Positions 47,116-60,367 of a DNA stretch of 64,000 nucleotides are shown here, piece by piece (position 1 is the first letter of the stretch; every line of letters starts with the position of its first letter). Both the position numbers and the translations under genes were made by a program. The DNA comes from Leptogorgia sarmentosa (taxonomy: Eukaryota): NCBI GenBank assembly GCA_964658305.1, contig OZ210885.1, forward strand, positions 23,250,001 through 23,314,000, given 5' to 3'. A model generated the notes under the pieces. The model was given only the letters and a program-made list of their open reading frames with translations, was not told where the DNA came from and did not search any database.

Positions 47116-49550
47116 TTATGTGTTGTGTGCTGAAGAACACAGCAGACTGAAAGTGAACTTCTCAAACTCATTAGCAATCTCCGAGATGGAAACCCCCTGT
47201 TTTACAGCCTTGGACGTTGAAGCTCCTCTAATTGAATGTGCTGAAAAGATCTCTGTATCGATACCAGCTAACTGTAGCATATTCTTTATCCATCTTGCTA
47301 ATGTCGAAGATGTGACAGGGTTATGGGGATTGATGTATGACAGGAACAGTTTGTTACCGAAATTGATGTCGGTAGGCCTGAAATGTTCAGTGTTGGCTTC
47401 ATATACCCTTAAGCACTGGACCGGACATAAGGCCTTATCTGTATATGAGGCATGGAAGCTAGCCTTTGGGGAATCTCCCGGCTTTGATGTTTTAGATAGT
47501 CCAGGGAGTTCAAAGGACACACCTTCGGGGTGATAAGTGCGAAATCGCAAGTCTTTCTTAGCCGGGGCTGTAAGTGTGAGTAGTGTAACTAACTTGAGCG
47601 ATAAGACCTTAGGACTTAAGCCTTCATTATTCCCCAAAGATTTGATATAGTTTAAGACTTGTGATACACTCCAAGTATGCGAATATTTAGGCTGGGGGGG
47701 GTCTTAAATGAAAAATTCCCTTTAGAAATTGAGATACTAATGGGTGAGCCCCAACCCTGCTGGAGTCAATCTCGGGTAAAACCGCTGACAAGGCCGAACG
47801 ATACACATTAATGGTTCGGTATGCCTTTCCTTCTTTAAACTGATCTTTGAGAAATTCTAGTACAGTACCTAGAAGTACTGAAATGGGATTGATCTCTCGT
47901 TCATGAGACCAGCTAACCCACTTACCCCAAGCTGAGGCGTAGGTGCTGTTGGTATTTTGCCTCCATGTGGCCAACAAAATGTCTTGAGTTTCTGCTGAAA
48001 CTCCTGTTGTTTCGAGACGTTGGCCAACAGTTTCCAAGAGGGTGTGGGTGATTGTCCCTTATTAAGAGGTATGCAGATGTTGGTAGTAACAGTGGCCTGT
48101 CTATGCACAACTGGAGTATCAATGGGTACCAAGGCTGGGTCGGCCACACTGGTGTTATTAGGACTAATTGTTCGACCCTCTGAGATATTGCTTGGCGTAA
48201 GCATCGACCAATTAGGACAAATGGCGGGAAGGCATTCCCCCAGATCACCCGCCAATCTAGAGTAAATGCATCTGTCTGCATGGCCAGTGGGTCTGGTTTC
48301 CAGCTGACAAAATGAGGGAGCTGGTATGTTAGGCGGGATGCAAACAGATCGATGTCTAATGGGCCCCAGGCTCTCAGAATTGTTTGAAACATGTTGGGAT
48401 TGAGTTTCCAATCGCTTGAACTCTCGATTCCTTGTCTGCTCGGACATTTAGTATGCCTGGGAGGTGCTGAGCTGATACTATCAATTGATTGTCGAGGCAC
48501 CACTTCCACAGAGCTACTGCAAAGTTGGCCAGGGCATGAGAGTGGGTACCCCCCATCTTGTTTATATATGCAACCGCTGCTGCATTGTCCATCATAAGTT
48601 TGACATGAGCACATGCTTTGGTTTTGGTAAAGGTTTTTATGGCAAATGACCCTGCCAGTAACTCAAGGCAATTGATGTGTATTTTCCCATCCCCCGTGCA
48701 CCATGGGCCTCCAGTGCTGACCCCTTGGCAGTATGCCCCCCAGCCCTTCCGGGAAGCATCTGTTTCGATTACTAGGTCGACTGGGTGTTCGAATAGGGCC
48801 CTGCCATTCCACCCTTGTAGGTGGTCTCTCCACCACAGAACTTCTTCTCGGGCTGCTGTGTCTAATGTTAATAGGGCCTTGTATGACTGTTGTGAGGCCA
48901 TTGTATTGTTCTTCAGCCATTGAAGGTGCCTGTAGTGGAGAGGGGCTGGGAAAATGGCCTGGATTGATGATGTTAGGAGGCCCGGGAATTTTGATAATTC
49001 TTGAACTGAAATTTCGGTCTTTTCTAACAGCTTTTGGCAAGTCTTTCGGATTTTGTGAAGTTTCTCTCCTGGGAATTGGAGAGTTAGGTTGACTGAATCG
49101 ATGAGGAAACCTAAAAACTCTATCTGCTGACAAGGGGCCAACTGGGATTTTTTGTAATTGACTATAAATCCTAGGCCCTCCAAGAGGTTTAGCGTTGAAG
49201 CCGCATGGTGCAGGGCTAAGGCTTGTGATTCGGCCATGATTAACATATCGTCCAAATAACTAGACGAATGCCCTGGTGTCTTAGGGCAGCTACCACGGGT
49301 TTCATTATTTTGGTGAATACCCTAGCCCAAATGGGAGACAGGCGAACTCGTGTAGTGTTCCCTTCCATATAAATCGGAGATATTTCTGATGACTCTTCCA
49401 AATTGGAACAGTCAGGTATGCATCTTTGAGGTCGATCTTTACAAGATAGTCGTCTTGTTTCAAAAGATCCCTCAACATATGGATTCCCTCCATTTTGAAA
49501 TGTTCGTAAACTAGAAATTGGTTTAGGGGCTTTAGATTCATAACTGGGCG
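47116..49550 (-). mobile_element. DIRS1-like tyrosine-recombinase retrotransposon remnant (RT, RNase H, methyltransferase-like, YR), frameshifted, termini absent
   Basis: KIDLKDAYL, LPFGL, YLDDMLI; IETDASRKGWGA, HINCLELLA; IDLFASRLT..DAF..NAFPPF..WPTQPWYP; YASAWGKW..YRSALS; LCPVQCLRVY, FSAHSIRGASTS. Confidence 0.93.
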
Positions 49551-49599
49551 AATTTATAACTGAGTTAACAACAAGATAATAACTATGATGCTACAAGTT

Positions 49600-50710
49600 G
49601 TCACTGTACTGTAGAGGGGTACTAATATGATCTTAGGAAGAGGGGGTGATACTTCAGAATGAATCAAATCATTGGTATAAATGTGAATAATTTCTAAACC
49701 ATATTCATTCTGCAGCACATCGTATTTTGTAAAAATACCCTGCCTTAAAGATACGAAAGCAATCTGGTTATTCTGGTAGATATAAAACTATTTAAGGCAG
49801 AGAACAATTACCTCAGAATCAGATGGTCTACTAGTATCTTCCTCAATGTGTGTCAACAGACGCTCAGGGAGATGGATCAGCATGAGAAATACCATCTTCT
49901 TGTCGGGATACGGATGAAAATATTCTTGCCAGTGGGTATTTGTTTTGCCATAGAACTTCCTGAGGAACTGGTTTTTGCTTTTCTTTCTTTTGAGCTTGTG
50001 AAGGATGTCATTTAGAAATTTTGCAAACGACTCACTTGGTTCAAGCTTAAAAACTTCTGTAGTTTGCTCGGGCTTGTACAGTTTTTCGTCTGTCAAATAT
50101 CGGCCAATATCCCTTATAATTGACCTGGTTTTCTCTAAAGTGACAACATCAGCGGCAGAAGACGAAGTCGAACTTTCCCCCAATTCATCCACATGCTTGC
50201 TTTGTTGATGCTTTGTAAGACCACCCTTTGACTTGCAAACTTTCTCGCAAAAGTCGCAAGGGAAATGCCTGTTTCCTTCAACCTGTATCAAAATTATAGT
50301 TTAGGTCATTGAAAAGGTATGGCTCACTTTATTTCGAAATTTAAACTTACCTCTTCATGACAATTTTGAACCTCAAACATTACTTCCTCGAGATCCATAT
50401 CTGGCATTGCAATTGTTTGCTCGAAATTGCCGCTAAAATCCGAAGTATTCACTTCATCGCCTTCACAAAGAGGCACAGAACTTGCGTCGTTCGTGTCTAT
50501 GCACTCGATCATGCTTGAATCCATAGGTTTTGTATGCAGCGAGAGAGAAAAACAACTTTTGATAAAAATCCCTCTATTTGTATAGGTTTCTACTATAGGA
50601 ATGCACTATAACACGTCACGTGACGTACTTTGTAACATGATATCAACAAAGGTCACGTGTTGCTTTGAAGTTTGCCGACCTTCCAAACCCGGTTATCTAT
50701 ACTAACTATG
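49600..50710 (-). pseudogene. Spliced C2H2 zinc-finger gene fragment next to a CATAG terminus (possible P-element-like accessory gene)
   Basis: FPCDFCEKVCKSKGGLTKHQQSKH, with an upstream exon at 50524-50327. Minus strand CATAGTTAGTATAGATAACC starting at 50710 resembles P-superfamily CANRG ends. Confidence 0.4.
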
Positions 50711-50717
50711 GTTGTCG

Positions 50718-51060
50718 TTAGATGCTGGAGTGATCAGATTGACCAACGGGAGGAGGAATGATGGCTTTGTAGTAAGATGACAGAGTTGAGAAAGCTTGGT
50801 CAAGAATATTGCTCCCCCTGGTGGGCTTTGTAACTAGTTCCTTTAACTTAAAACAAGTTACAAAGATTGCCTGGTTTAAATTGTTTGAAATCACCAAGAA
50901 CCAAAATGGCAGAATTAGGGTAGGTGGCAAGTAAGGAATCTAAACTTTTGAAGATATGCATTTGAACGGTCCATTCTAATTAGAAACCATTGGCTTTCAA
51001 TTTCAGGGTCACTCATGTTTAATTCAACAAGGGTAGGGTAACGAGTGCTTTCCTTTACTG
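50718..51060 (-). pseudogene. Old LINE APE endonuclease fragment
   Basis: PTRGSNILDQAFS...PPVGQSDHSSI and SDPEIESQWFLIR. Confidence 0.65.
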
Positions 51061-51639
51061 CATGTTGGCTAAATTGATGGTTATAGTAACTAGGTTGCCT
51101 TTTTTTCACGTACGATGTATGTCATCGAACAATTCCCTGCTTGCGATTTCTAACACAATTTTTTGTGTTAATGCTTGGCGAGACAGAATCAGAAGCTTTG
51201 TTATATGTATGACAATTCTAAAAGATTTATGCATTGTTATAAACATCATTCCTGAACGTAATGTGTTTGTTTTGATGCTTTATTCTGTACTTTTATTTGA
51301 TTATTGAAAGAGGTAGATGGTACGTCTCTGTGTTCATCTAATTGTGCCTTTGGTCGACTGATGAAGCAGTGACCAATCAGGGGATTCAACTTCTGTAACT
51401 GTGGGTGGGCTTTATAAAACACACATACAACAATGGAACCTTGCCCACCCTTTACCCAGTCCCACCCCTCCCAGAAAAGCTATTGACATATATTCTTGAC
51501 CCGAGATGTTCTTCCCCGTGGCGATCGGCAAAAAGAGGCTGTGTAAGCGCAAATCGTCGCCTTTTAAGAGTCCCAACTCATTAGTTATTCACTACACGCG
51601 GGATTTCTGCACATTTTAATACTTAATCTGTTCCCACAG

Positions 51640-52000
51640 AGTATTTGGCTAGTTTGAATAGTCCCTAGCTTCGTCAACAATTATAGAATTTGTTAGCTTT
51701 TAATCAGTGATTATTTTATCACTTATAACGTCACAGAAACAATTAATGAGTTTGTTTTGGGAAGTCTTAGAAATATACAGTAGCTGTGGTTCTTTCCACA
51801 GGATTTGAGATGATTTTCCAAGACCTTGTCACCTCCACACACTATATAATTAAGTAACTCAATAAAATTCCCAACACCACCTTTGCAGTAACTACCAACT
51901 TCAGGGTGAAACTGAGAGTCGTCACAATGACTGCAAAAAGCTAAACCGAGGCAACCACACATTAGAACAGTATCACAAATAGAACTTAAGAGCGGGTGTC
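51640..52000 (-). pseudogene. hAT-family (THAP12/ZMYM1-like, DUF4371) transposase fragment
   Basis: CGCLGLAFCSHCDD...GNFIELLNY..GGDKVLENHL, then frameshifted SKTSQNKLINC and DEA remnants. Confidence 0.7.
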
Positions 52001-52019
52001 TATAAATATCGAGAATCAC

Positions 52020-52270
52020 CCGACAGTTGCCAGAAATTCAATATCTTTATATTTTGCCCACAAGACCCTTTGGGTAAGCTATTTTCAAAAATAGGACTAA
52101 AAGTTCTGGCCGATTTGTATTTTTGGCGAAATGAAGGAAAGTTTAATATCTCGCGAGCACGTGTCTAGCGTCTTTTGAAATGAGTGAGAAATAGTGCAGA
52201 TTTGAAAACCGCTCCTGCAAAATTTAAAAGTAGTTAGAAATTGAAAACCACACAGATTAATTCTCTACTC
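52020..52270 (-). repeat. Isolated DNA-transposon terminus (TTAA|GAG...), possibly Sola3-type
   Basis: Minus strand reads TTAA GAGTAGAGAATTAATCTGTGTGGTTTTCAATTTC. TTAA target plus a GAG terminus fits Sola3 as I recall it. No partner found. Confidence 0.4.
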
Positions 52271-53325
52271 TTAAGCTTTGAACACAACCAATTTCAACTC
52301 CTAACACGATTTACTTAGCTCTATTTCATTCCTAGGGTAAGGGCATTTTCACAGTCAACGCGAAAGTCTTGAATTTTAGGCAAATTAACGACAGGATTTT
52401 CTCAATGCGCCATACAATTTTACCCAAAAATTTATTTTATCGTAAACTTTAGTCATCACTTGTAGCCACTACAAAATATCTAACTTGGCCCTTCAAATAC
52501 CTCACTTCCAGAACAATAGTTAATGGCACTTGCGGTTAGGTACTTTTGCTTAATTACTTCACTAATAACAAACCTTAAAGGCCAAAGCCCTAATTAGCTA
52601 CTAAGTACTAATCTTTTAGCAACAAGACATCTACTCAGACGTTGATATTTCCATATATTTTGAATCATTAATTTGCACAAAATGCACAATCTGTGACAAT
52701 AGTAGCTACAATATAGTCATTTAAGTTAGATACAAGTTCGCCACATTACACAGTTCACAATATATAGGAGCATTTATACGAAACAAAATAAGCCGCGACT
52801 TCAACTTACCACAAGATGCGACTTACATCAGACGCGAACTTGCTGTATAAACGATACAGAATGCGTGTTTTTGTCTTAGATAAGACGTGTCTTGGCTAGA
52901 CAGGCTCGCATAAATAGACCAAAATGATCAAACTCCCAGTCCCATCCTATGTATAATTCGCGACATATTCTACCTTGTGTCGATACAATGTTTTTATTTG
53001 TGAAACTAGTAGGGAGTAATTAATTCCAACGTCACATCATCCACAAAAGTACACAGGGAGCTGGTTTGTGACACCGTCGACGACGACAGCGAAAACAGAT
53101 ACAGGATTATGCTCCGAGGCTACGCACGTAGGCGGAGTAATATAATGATTGATTTTAGAGCTATTGTACTCAATTAAGTTACTCAAAGTAGTATATTGAA
53201 ATCTCTTGGCGAGCCAAATAGTTATATATTGGAAAAAATCGCCAATATGTCTTCTATCTACACTTTCATGTTGATATCGATATAGTCTCTAGTAGGAATA
53301 GGTCGATTCGAACGCTGTTTTGTGT

Positions 53326-56300
53326 TTACATACGACACTGACACGAAGCAACTAATTCCTTCAAGAGCGCAATGTATGGGGCCTTCTTTCGGCTGTCCTT
53401 TACATTTTCAACATTCAATTCGAAGTTGTTGCAAAGCGACTTCAAAACAGTCAACTTTAATTTATTGAATGAATCCATTTTCTCCATCGCGAATAGGTTA
53501 TATTGTTCGAACATAATAGGATGTTCAATTTGGAAAGATGCAAGAATGGCTTGTTGGGTGTTGCTGAAATTCGTTTCTTCTTGGGCGGCAAGAATATCTG
53601 CTAGGTTTTGCTTTGCTGCTTGTCTTGAAAAGAATGACTTGATTTGTTGACCAGTTAAGAATTCTGACACTGTAAACATTCTCTCCTTGTCAGGGCTCAC
53701 GCATCGCCTCATTTCTTTGGCAACGACTTCTGGGTTGACTTTATGCCCAGAAGCCATACCGACGTTGAACTTCGAGAGCAAATATGCTTTTTGCTTCTCG
53801 TTAAAACGGTAGTGTTTTGATGATTTCTTCAAAGACCAGCCCTCTTGAAGTACTTGGCGATCAGAGCCCTTGTTTAGTTCGAATTCGGTAGATGCAAGGT
53901 TTGGAATCACTCCAACTCCCTCCTCTAAAAGAGATGCATATTTCATCTTTGCCAGATCCATGAGTGAACTTCTCTCCAACATTTTCTCACATTTTCCCAG
54001 AGAAAGGTGTCGTTCAAGATTCGAATACCTGTCAGGAAGGAATAATGAGATGGTAAATATAATTCCAACAACACAAGAAAAGGTCATTCAAACAACAACG
54101 CAAGGTGATTCCCTGAAATTTTTCATTCTACCAAATTTCCCCCAGATACCCCAGCTATATAATTTGGTTGACGTTATATTTAGAATCTCTCTGGATTAGA
54201 AATGCATTGCAATTAAGTTACAAAAACGTTTCGTCGTGTAACAAACCTTTGAAAAACCTTAACACAACCATCTTGTGGACATGAATATAGCTTGCTTGTT
54301 GCTGCTTCTTCGTAGTCGTCTTCTTGCAATTCAGACGAGCTTTCTTCTGTTGGAGTAACCTTGCTGCCTTTATTAGTCTTCGGTGCCATCGTTCTGAAAT
54401 CTCCTGAAGAGAACTGTGCATCTAACCATAAATAATAAATAATATAAATAAACGATTGTAGGCTTATAAATTATATACATGGTACTTCAATATTACCTGC
54501 CTTCAAATCGTTCATTATCACTTTGCCACTACCAATACCATAAGCTCTCCATGCAGTAAGCTTCCTATCAACAAACTTGTAATTATTTAGCGTACTTATC
54601 CCAGGAATCTTAGCTTCTACTAGATTTTGGTTCGACTCGTCGAGCTTGTCAATGGCAACGACTCTAACACCAGCAATTCCACCGTGTCACAAAAGAGTTT
54701 CTTCCATATCTTTACTTGTTGTTACATCATGTCCCTCATTGATGAATAATCGAATATGGGACTTAGCAGTTGCAGCCAATCTATCAGCTGCTCCCTTTCC
54801 ACCTTGTGGGTCGCTGAAATCAATGCCTTCAATTTTGACGCCAGTGGTTTTCTCAATGGTAGGACAAGAGAGGATTGTAGTTGCAGAATGATAGCATCCA
54901 GCGTTATCTTGTCGGAAAAAGGCTTTGACGATTTCAGGGTGCTCGCGTTTGAGGGTTTGAAGAATATGTTTCATTAATACCACGACGGCAGGGCTGTCTT
55001 GACTGCAATACTGAATGATGTGGATAAACGCTTGCCACTGGAGCTCAACATGATCACGACGATAGACAACAGAGATGTGCCATGAAATTCCCTGTTTACC
55101 AAACCAATCACTTTGTGATTCTCGGTACATCTGTGGAATAAACTTCATGGCCCAATCATTTATGATGAGTACAGCGTTGTTGTTGATAGAATTCATGATG
55201 TCGTGTCGGGCTTGATCTTGCCGTACAGATCTCAGCTGGTGGCACTTCCAGGACTGTATAGCACGTTTGGCTGTACCGTGGATGTACAATGCTTCGTCTA
55301 AATCGTCGCTGGTTGGAAAGGACGTTTTACCTATGAGTACGCCTACTTCGTCAATGACGTTATCAAGAGCCTCGCAATGCTCACATCGCCTATTGTGTTT
55401 GTGTTTGCATCGTTTTTGCAGTGTTTCCTCCGAAAGATCACTTGTAGCATACACGCTGCAGTGGTCGGGGACATGAGATTCTTCACTGACATGAACCTAC
55501 AACGTTCAAGTAATCATAAACATATATATGCGCGGTAGTCCAAAACAGTGTTGGGGTATTTCTTCGTGACAGTTTTCATTGCCCTAAGAGAACATATTGT
55601 GTGTTTTTTTCTGTAGAAATCACCTACCTTGTAATCACCCTTGAGGTAAAGCTTTCCTACTTTTAAAGCTTCTCTCTCCTTTGCAACGCTCTTATCATTC
55701 TGAAAGAGGGAAATCCTATCCAATAAATCTAGAAGCTCGTCAAATGCTTTACCACCATCTGCAGCAAAATTATCAAGTCCTTGTAAAGACTTTCGTACAG
55801 ATGCGCTGCATTCATTGAGAATTCGTAACAATGTTCGTTCTCCCAGAGGTGTATAGCTGCTTTCTTCACAATAGTGCTTATATTGGTCGACGATTCTTTG
55901 TGGCACCATGGTTCGGATAACATTAGGTACGGTTATCGTTTGGCCAGAGGACAAAGTTAATTTGTTTTCTCCAAATGGGAGGTCTTGAACCAGGTGAGGA
56001 CTTGTGATGAAACAGAGAAAATGATCTATTTGTTGTCTGTCCACGCACAATCGTGAAACTTCGGTTTTTGGCACAGGTGCCGCTCTCCCGTACTGATGCC
56101 GATGTAGGTTGGCGCTAGTGTACCGGTATTGTGTCAGTCCAGGAATGTACTTTGATATTTCTTGAAAAGTTGCGATACCTGTCATTATGGATAAAACCTG
56201 TCGCCGGGTATCCCAACTAGTAGCATGTTTATAGGACTCAGCTAAAGCTTCCAAGTAGCTGTTGGAATTTTCAGTCAAGCCAGCAGCAGTTGACCCTAGC

Positions 56301-56671
56301 AAATCGAGCATCTTAGGGGTCTTTTGAAGTTCCTCCCACAATCTGATGGCGGCTCCTGGATAAATGACTTTGAGGACTGATGAAATAATTTCTGCAGATC
56401 GAACAACATAACGTTCTCTTGTTCTTTCACTTGCTTTATCCCACTCAAGCCAAGGTCGTTCTATAGGTCGTAAACCACACTCCTCCAGGAAAGTGTTCAG
56501 ACTTGTTTTTACTCCGTGGTCACGGACTCGCCCTAAATGGATGCTATCTGAAGACGATGTACTTGCAGTTTCGGCTGGTAGAGCATAATTATAGCTTTCG
56601 TCTTCTAAATCAAGCTTCTTCATTTCCTTGGTTAACTCTTCGCAAGAAGAACTTGTATCACTAACTGGATA
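53326..56671 (-). pseudogene. Sola-like (probably Sola3) DDD transposase, near complete, lacking N-terminal exons, one in-frame stop
   Basis: Exons about 56671-55628, 55496-54497, 54422-54247, 54028-53326. Catalytic candidates INDWAMKF, RQDNAGCYH and QGGKGAADR. TGA at 54689-54687 continues in frame as HGGIAGVRV. C2H2-like CPQDGC..R/YSNLERHLSLGKC. Homeodomain-like RFNEKQKAYL...QIKSFFSR. Confidence 0.75.
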
Positions 56672-56739
56672 CTGAAAAGATTAAAAATGGTGTTAAAGAT
56701 GTAAGTAACTCGTTTTCACAGTTTGAGAGCATATAAGAA

Positions 56740-58313
56740 AGTTATGAAGCCCTGTGTGAAGTATTTTCAGCGATTAGAGAAACAGATGATGAAGACGAGG
56801 AAATGAAGTATATAGGATTTCTGTTTAGATCTATGTGGAATCATTGATGTCCAGTCAAAACCCATGGAGATGATGATTAAGGCTCAATCATTGGACCAGT
56901 ATCTGTGGTCTGTTACCAAATGGTGGCCAAAAGTAAAAGCCATTCTTCTGGCCATGAAACGAGATTTCAACAGTCAGCTATCTGACTTTCAGAAAGTAAC
57001 AGTACGAAAGACTGTTCCTAAAACTCTGGAAACATTATGAAGATCTTAATGAAGACAACAGTGAAGATTGTGTTTTTAAAGGGGTTCAATTATTACCAGG
57101 ATGGATGGTTGTGAATATGACAGAACATGTCGACAGCATTCCAAAAAGAAAAGAGTGAATGGAGTGAAAGAATGGTGGAAGATTGCCTAAAAGATCTGGT
57201 TATTCTGTGCGAGAATATTACGGATGGAATGGATTCTAGATACGCTACAAGTATCTCCAAAGCAGCACATATATTGCGATGTTATAATACAAAACATAAT
57301 CCGAAGATTAACATCTTGAAACCCAAGATATGAGTTAGTCTGATGATGATTTTGTAATAAAATCGAAATATCACGAACTAATTTTTGTCTTGTCTTAACT
57401 CATATCTTGGGTTTCAAGATGTTAATCTTCGAATTATGTTTTGTATTATATTTTTTGAAATTGTTGGCTGGTATTGGTTATTGGGATGTTGTTGATGTTG
57501 TTTACATTTACCAGACGTCTTATCCTTCGTACAAGGAGTAAACAGCAGATCCACCGCACATCAACCAGCTGCTCGTGATGCTTATGGGAATGCTGAGTTG
57601 CATTCCTTTTACACCTATGTTTGTTCCTCGGCTCACATTAAAAGATTGGCAGAAGAAGATGAAGAATTGAAGTTGCTTCCAGCACTATCAAACCTCGCAC
57701 ATCCCCAGTTCAAGGATGTAGTTTCCCAAGTTGTCTGGAGCGATCTCGGCGAGTGCAGAAAGTATTGGTTTTCTCCTGAACAAGGAGCACACAGTCAAGC
57801 ATCATTGAAGGAATTCATAGTATTGAGCGAAGAGCATGGAAATCGATGACAAGTTCGTTTTCACTTATGACGATGGTCTTTGCATTGCCAGATTGGACCA
57901 GGCCAGGGTATTATCAACATTTTATACGAATGAGGCAATATATGAAGCAGCAGGCAAAGAATTCTGTATAGCATTGGATGTTGCACTTGCTATGAGTGGT
58001 TCGAGTTGTACTACTCTGTAATGAATATGCAGTCGAAGGCAGGGGGTCAACTGAATGACACCCTCACCCAAAGAACAAACATAGACTGGTGTTTCCCCAT
58101 GCCTTTACAATGTGTGTTAACTATCAAGAGGTGGCGTCCCTATATTTAGACGGCAATAAAGAGATTGGACTACCACGTCATCAAATACCAGTGTTCGTGG
58201 AAGAACGAGGTTGTGCTTTAAATGAGTATGCACATGGAAGCAAAGTCCTGGATAGACTGGTTTCCAGTTCCAGAACTGATTACTTTGTGTTGAATGAAAA
58301 GTGTCTAAAGTAA
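56740..58313 (+). pseudogene. Heavily degraded coding remnant, possibly a hAT-like transposase C-terminus
   Basis: Chain of broken frames ending GKEFCIALDVALAMSGS..VMNMQSKAGGQLNDTLTQRTNIDWCFP; family assignment weak. Confidence 0.35.
57283..57450. mobile_element. 168-bp MITE/foldback with 55-bp TIRs
   Basis: TATAATACAAAACATAAT(C/T)CGAAGATTAACATCTTGAAACCCAAGATATGAGTTA repeated in inverted orientation with one mismatch; TA at both ends. Confidence 0.85.
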
Positions 58314-59279
58314 TTAGTAGAAGCAAACTTCTTTATCGATTGACTTAATTAGTATGATAGATGTTTTACATTTTAATTGTTAAATATTGTAACAGTGCAT
58401 GACGATATTGCAGTTAATTCATTGATATTTGTTTCTAGTCTTCGGAGGAGACACTCTTGTTGAACCCAGTGAAAAGATATTTTGATAAGAAATTGAAATT
58501 AATTTTTTATTATGTGTAAACACAAAACGTGTTGTTTTCTGCAGTCAGTACTCAAAAGTCAAAACATTTGTTCGGCGTGACACATGAAATTTTGGCACAC
58601 ACAATGACTTACAAAAATAATCTCGCATTTGCGCAAAACACGCACTGCAAACTGGCTCATGTCACTCCCAATCCCACAGCCAGCATGTTTCAAGACAGAA
58701 GTACCATCACTCCAATGTTGAAGTGGTTGAGAAACAAATTTTAAAATCTTTCCACACTTGTTTGGAAAATAATTGCCAAAAAGAACACAAGCCAGGAATA
58801 CATATCTAGCCACTGGTACTAAGTGATCGACCATTTGTTTTGGGAAAGGCATAACATCTATCGGGCTTAGAGGCTGTTTATATGATCCCACTTACCCAAG
58901 ATTAAATCAAGCATTAAATGATTTTGAGGTATTGAAATGAGTCATTTTATGAAACGAAACAACCAAAGTTAGGTCACTTCTAGTACTGATCAATAGAAAA
59001 GATATATTTTACCAAAGTATCAATGCCCAACAACATTTTATCTGATTCACATTTTAGCAGAACAAAATCTTAAGCAATCGAGAATCCAACACTGTCTTCA
59101 AATCATAAACTATGACTCATTTCAATACTTCAAAATCAGTTAATGCTTCATTGAATCCCGGGTAAGCGGGATCATATAAACAGCCTCTTAAAAACATTTT
59201 TATAAGATTGTATATTTCATCATTATTCATGCCCTTAACTCTCTCTAGAAAGGAAGCAACATAAATTGGTTAAAATAGG

Positions 59280-59460
59280 TCTAGTGAAAGAGGTGGAAGT
59301 AGAACTAGTTGGAGATTGCATTTTACCACTGGCAGCAGAACTAGTAGAAGTCATTTTGCTGCTAGAAGCAGAGCTTGATGTTGAGATTTTACTTGCAGAA
59401 GTGGAGCTACTGGCAGCAGAACTAGTTGAGGCAGGCATTTCACTGATTTCAGCACCACAA
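59280..59460 (-). repeat. Low-complexity Ser/Ala/Thr-coding repeat (TSSAASS units)
   Basis: Repeated CTGGCAGCAGAACTAGT units; minus frame PASTSSAASSSTSASK..STSSAASGK. Confidence 0.5.
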
Positions 59461-60252
59461 GCAAATATATTAGTAGTAAGAGAAGAGCAAGAGGCTTCAG
59501 ACCCAATTTTATCAGTTTTGTGCTTCGCATCTACCTTAAAAAAACTTTGTTATATCAGAAACATTTAATTTTATCTTCTTGGAATCTGTGTTGTCATGCT
59601 CAACTGGACTTTTTAGGTTTTTCTGTTTATTTGAAACAAATTTTTGTTTCTGGATTTTTAAAACACATAGAAGTCCAGTCATACAAATCCAGTTGCTTCA
59701 TGTTCAGCTCAAGAAACCACACCCTGTGTAATAATTTCATTGTATCAGCAATTACCATATCAACAACTGGGGTAAAAATAAATTTCACTTGCAGGAGAGG
59801 TGAGTTCAGAAGAGCTGATTCACTATGAATGATTGAAGAACTGGATTCCTCCCAGGTTCCGAAAGATTCACAAACTCTGGTTAACGTGTGTATTAAATAA
59901 AAAAGAATAAATAATTAAGTGACAGTAGCAACATTTGCTGAAATTTCCACCACAATTCAATAAAATTATCTTCACTGTTTACCATGGATATTTGAAACGT
60001 GCTACACTTTTCACATGGACACGAATCCTTTCATTTTAGAGAAAACAAAGAAAGAAAGCTCAACAAAGGTCCACCTGGACCTCAGACAAAAACCCCCACC
60101 CACCCCTCCAACTACACTCCGTACTCTGAACAAAGCTGTACACCAGTTTTTTATTAATATATCTAACCTCACGAATTTCTGTATCAAAGTTGTCTTTGCA
60201 AATCTGTGTACATATGAACATTCTGACACACATCACCTGCCATATATTATGT

Positions 60253-60367
60253 CATATGTTGGAAAATTCCAAGGCAGTCCTATTTGGTTACTGTAAAGTC
60301 GGACATTTTCCGAAGATTGCTCCATGAGAGTGACCAATAGGATTGCCTCAGAATTTTCCGACATATG
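60253..60367. repeat. Imperfect inverted repeat (old MITE-like hairpin)
   Basis: CATATGTTGGAAAATTCCAAGGCAGTCCTATTTGGTTAC versus GTGACCAATAGGATTGCCTCAGAATTTTCCGACATATG. Confidence 0.7.

Noticed and set aside
37678..54689. In-frame TGA codons in the Kolobok-2 and Sola-like transposases as possible selenocysteine or readthrough
   Set aside because: They fall where Gly or Ser is plausible and are one substitution from sense codons; no SECIS-like evidence; ordinary decay explains them.
59266..59568. ELVE/LLAE-rich plus-strand ORF
   Set aside because: Antisense reading of a Ser/Thr/Ala low-complexity tract.
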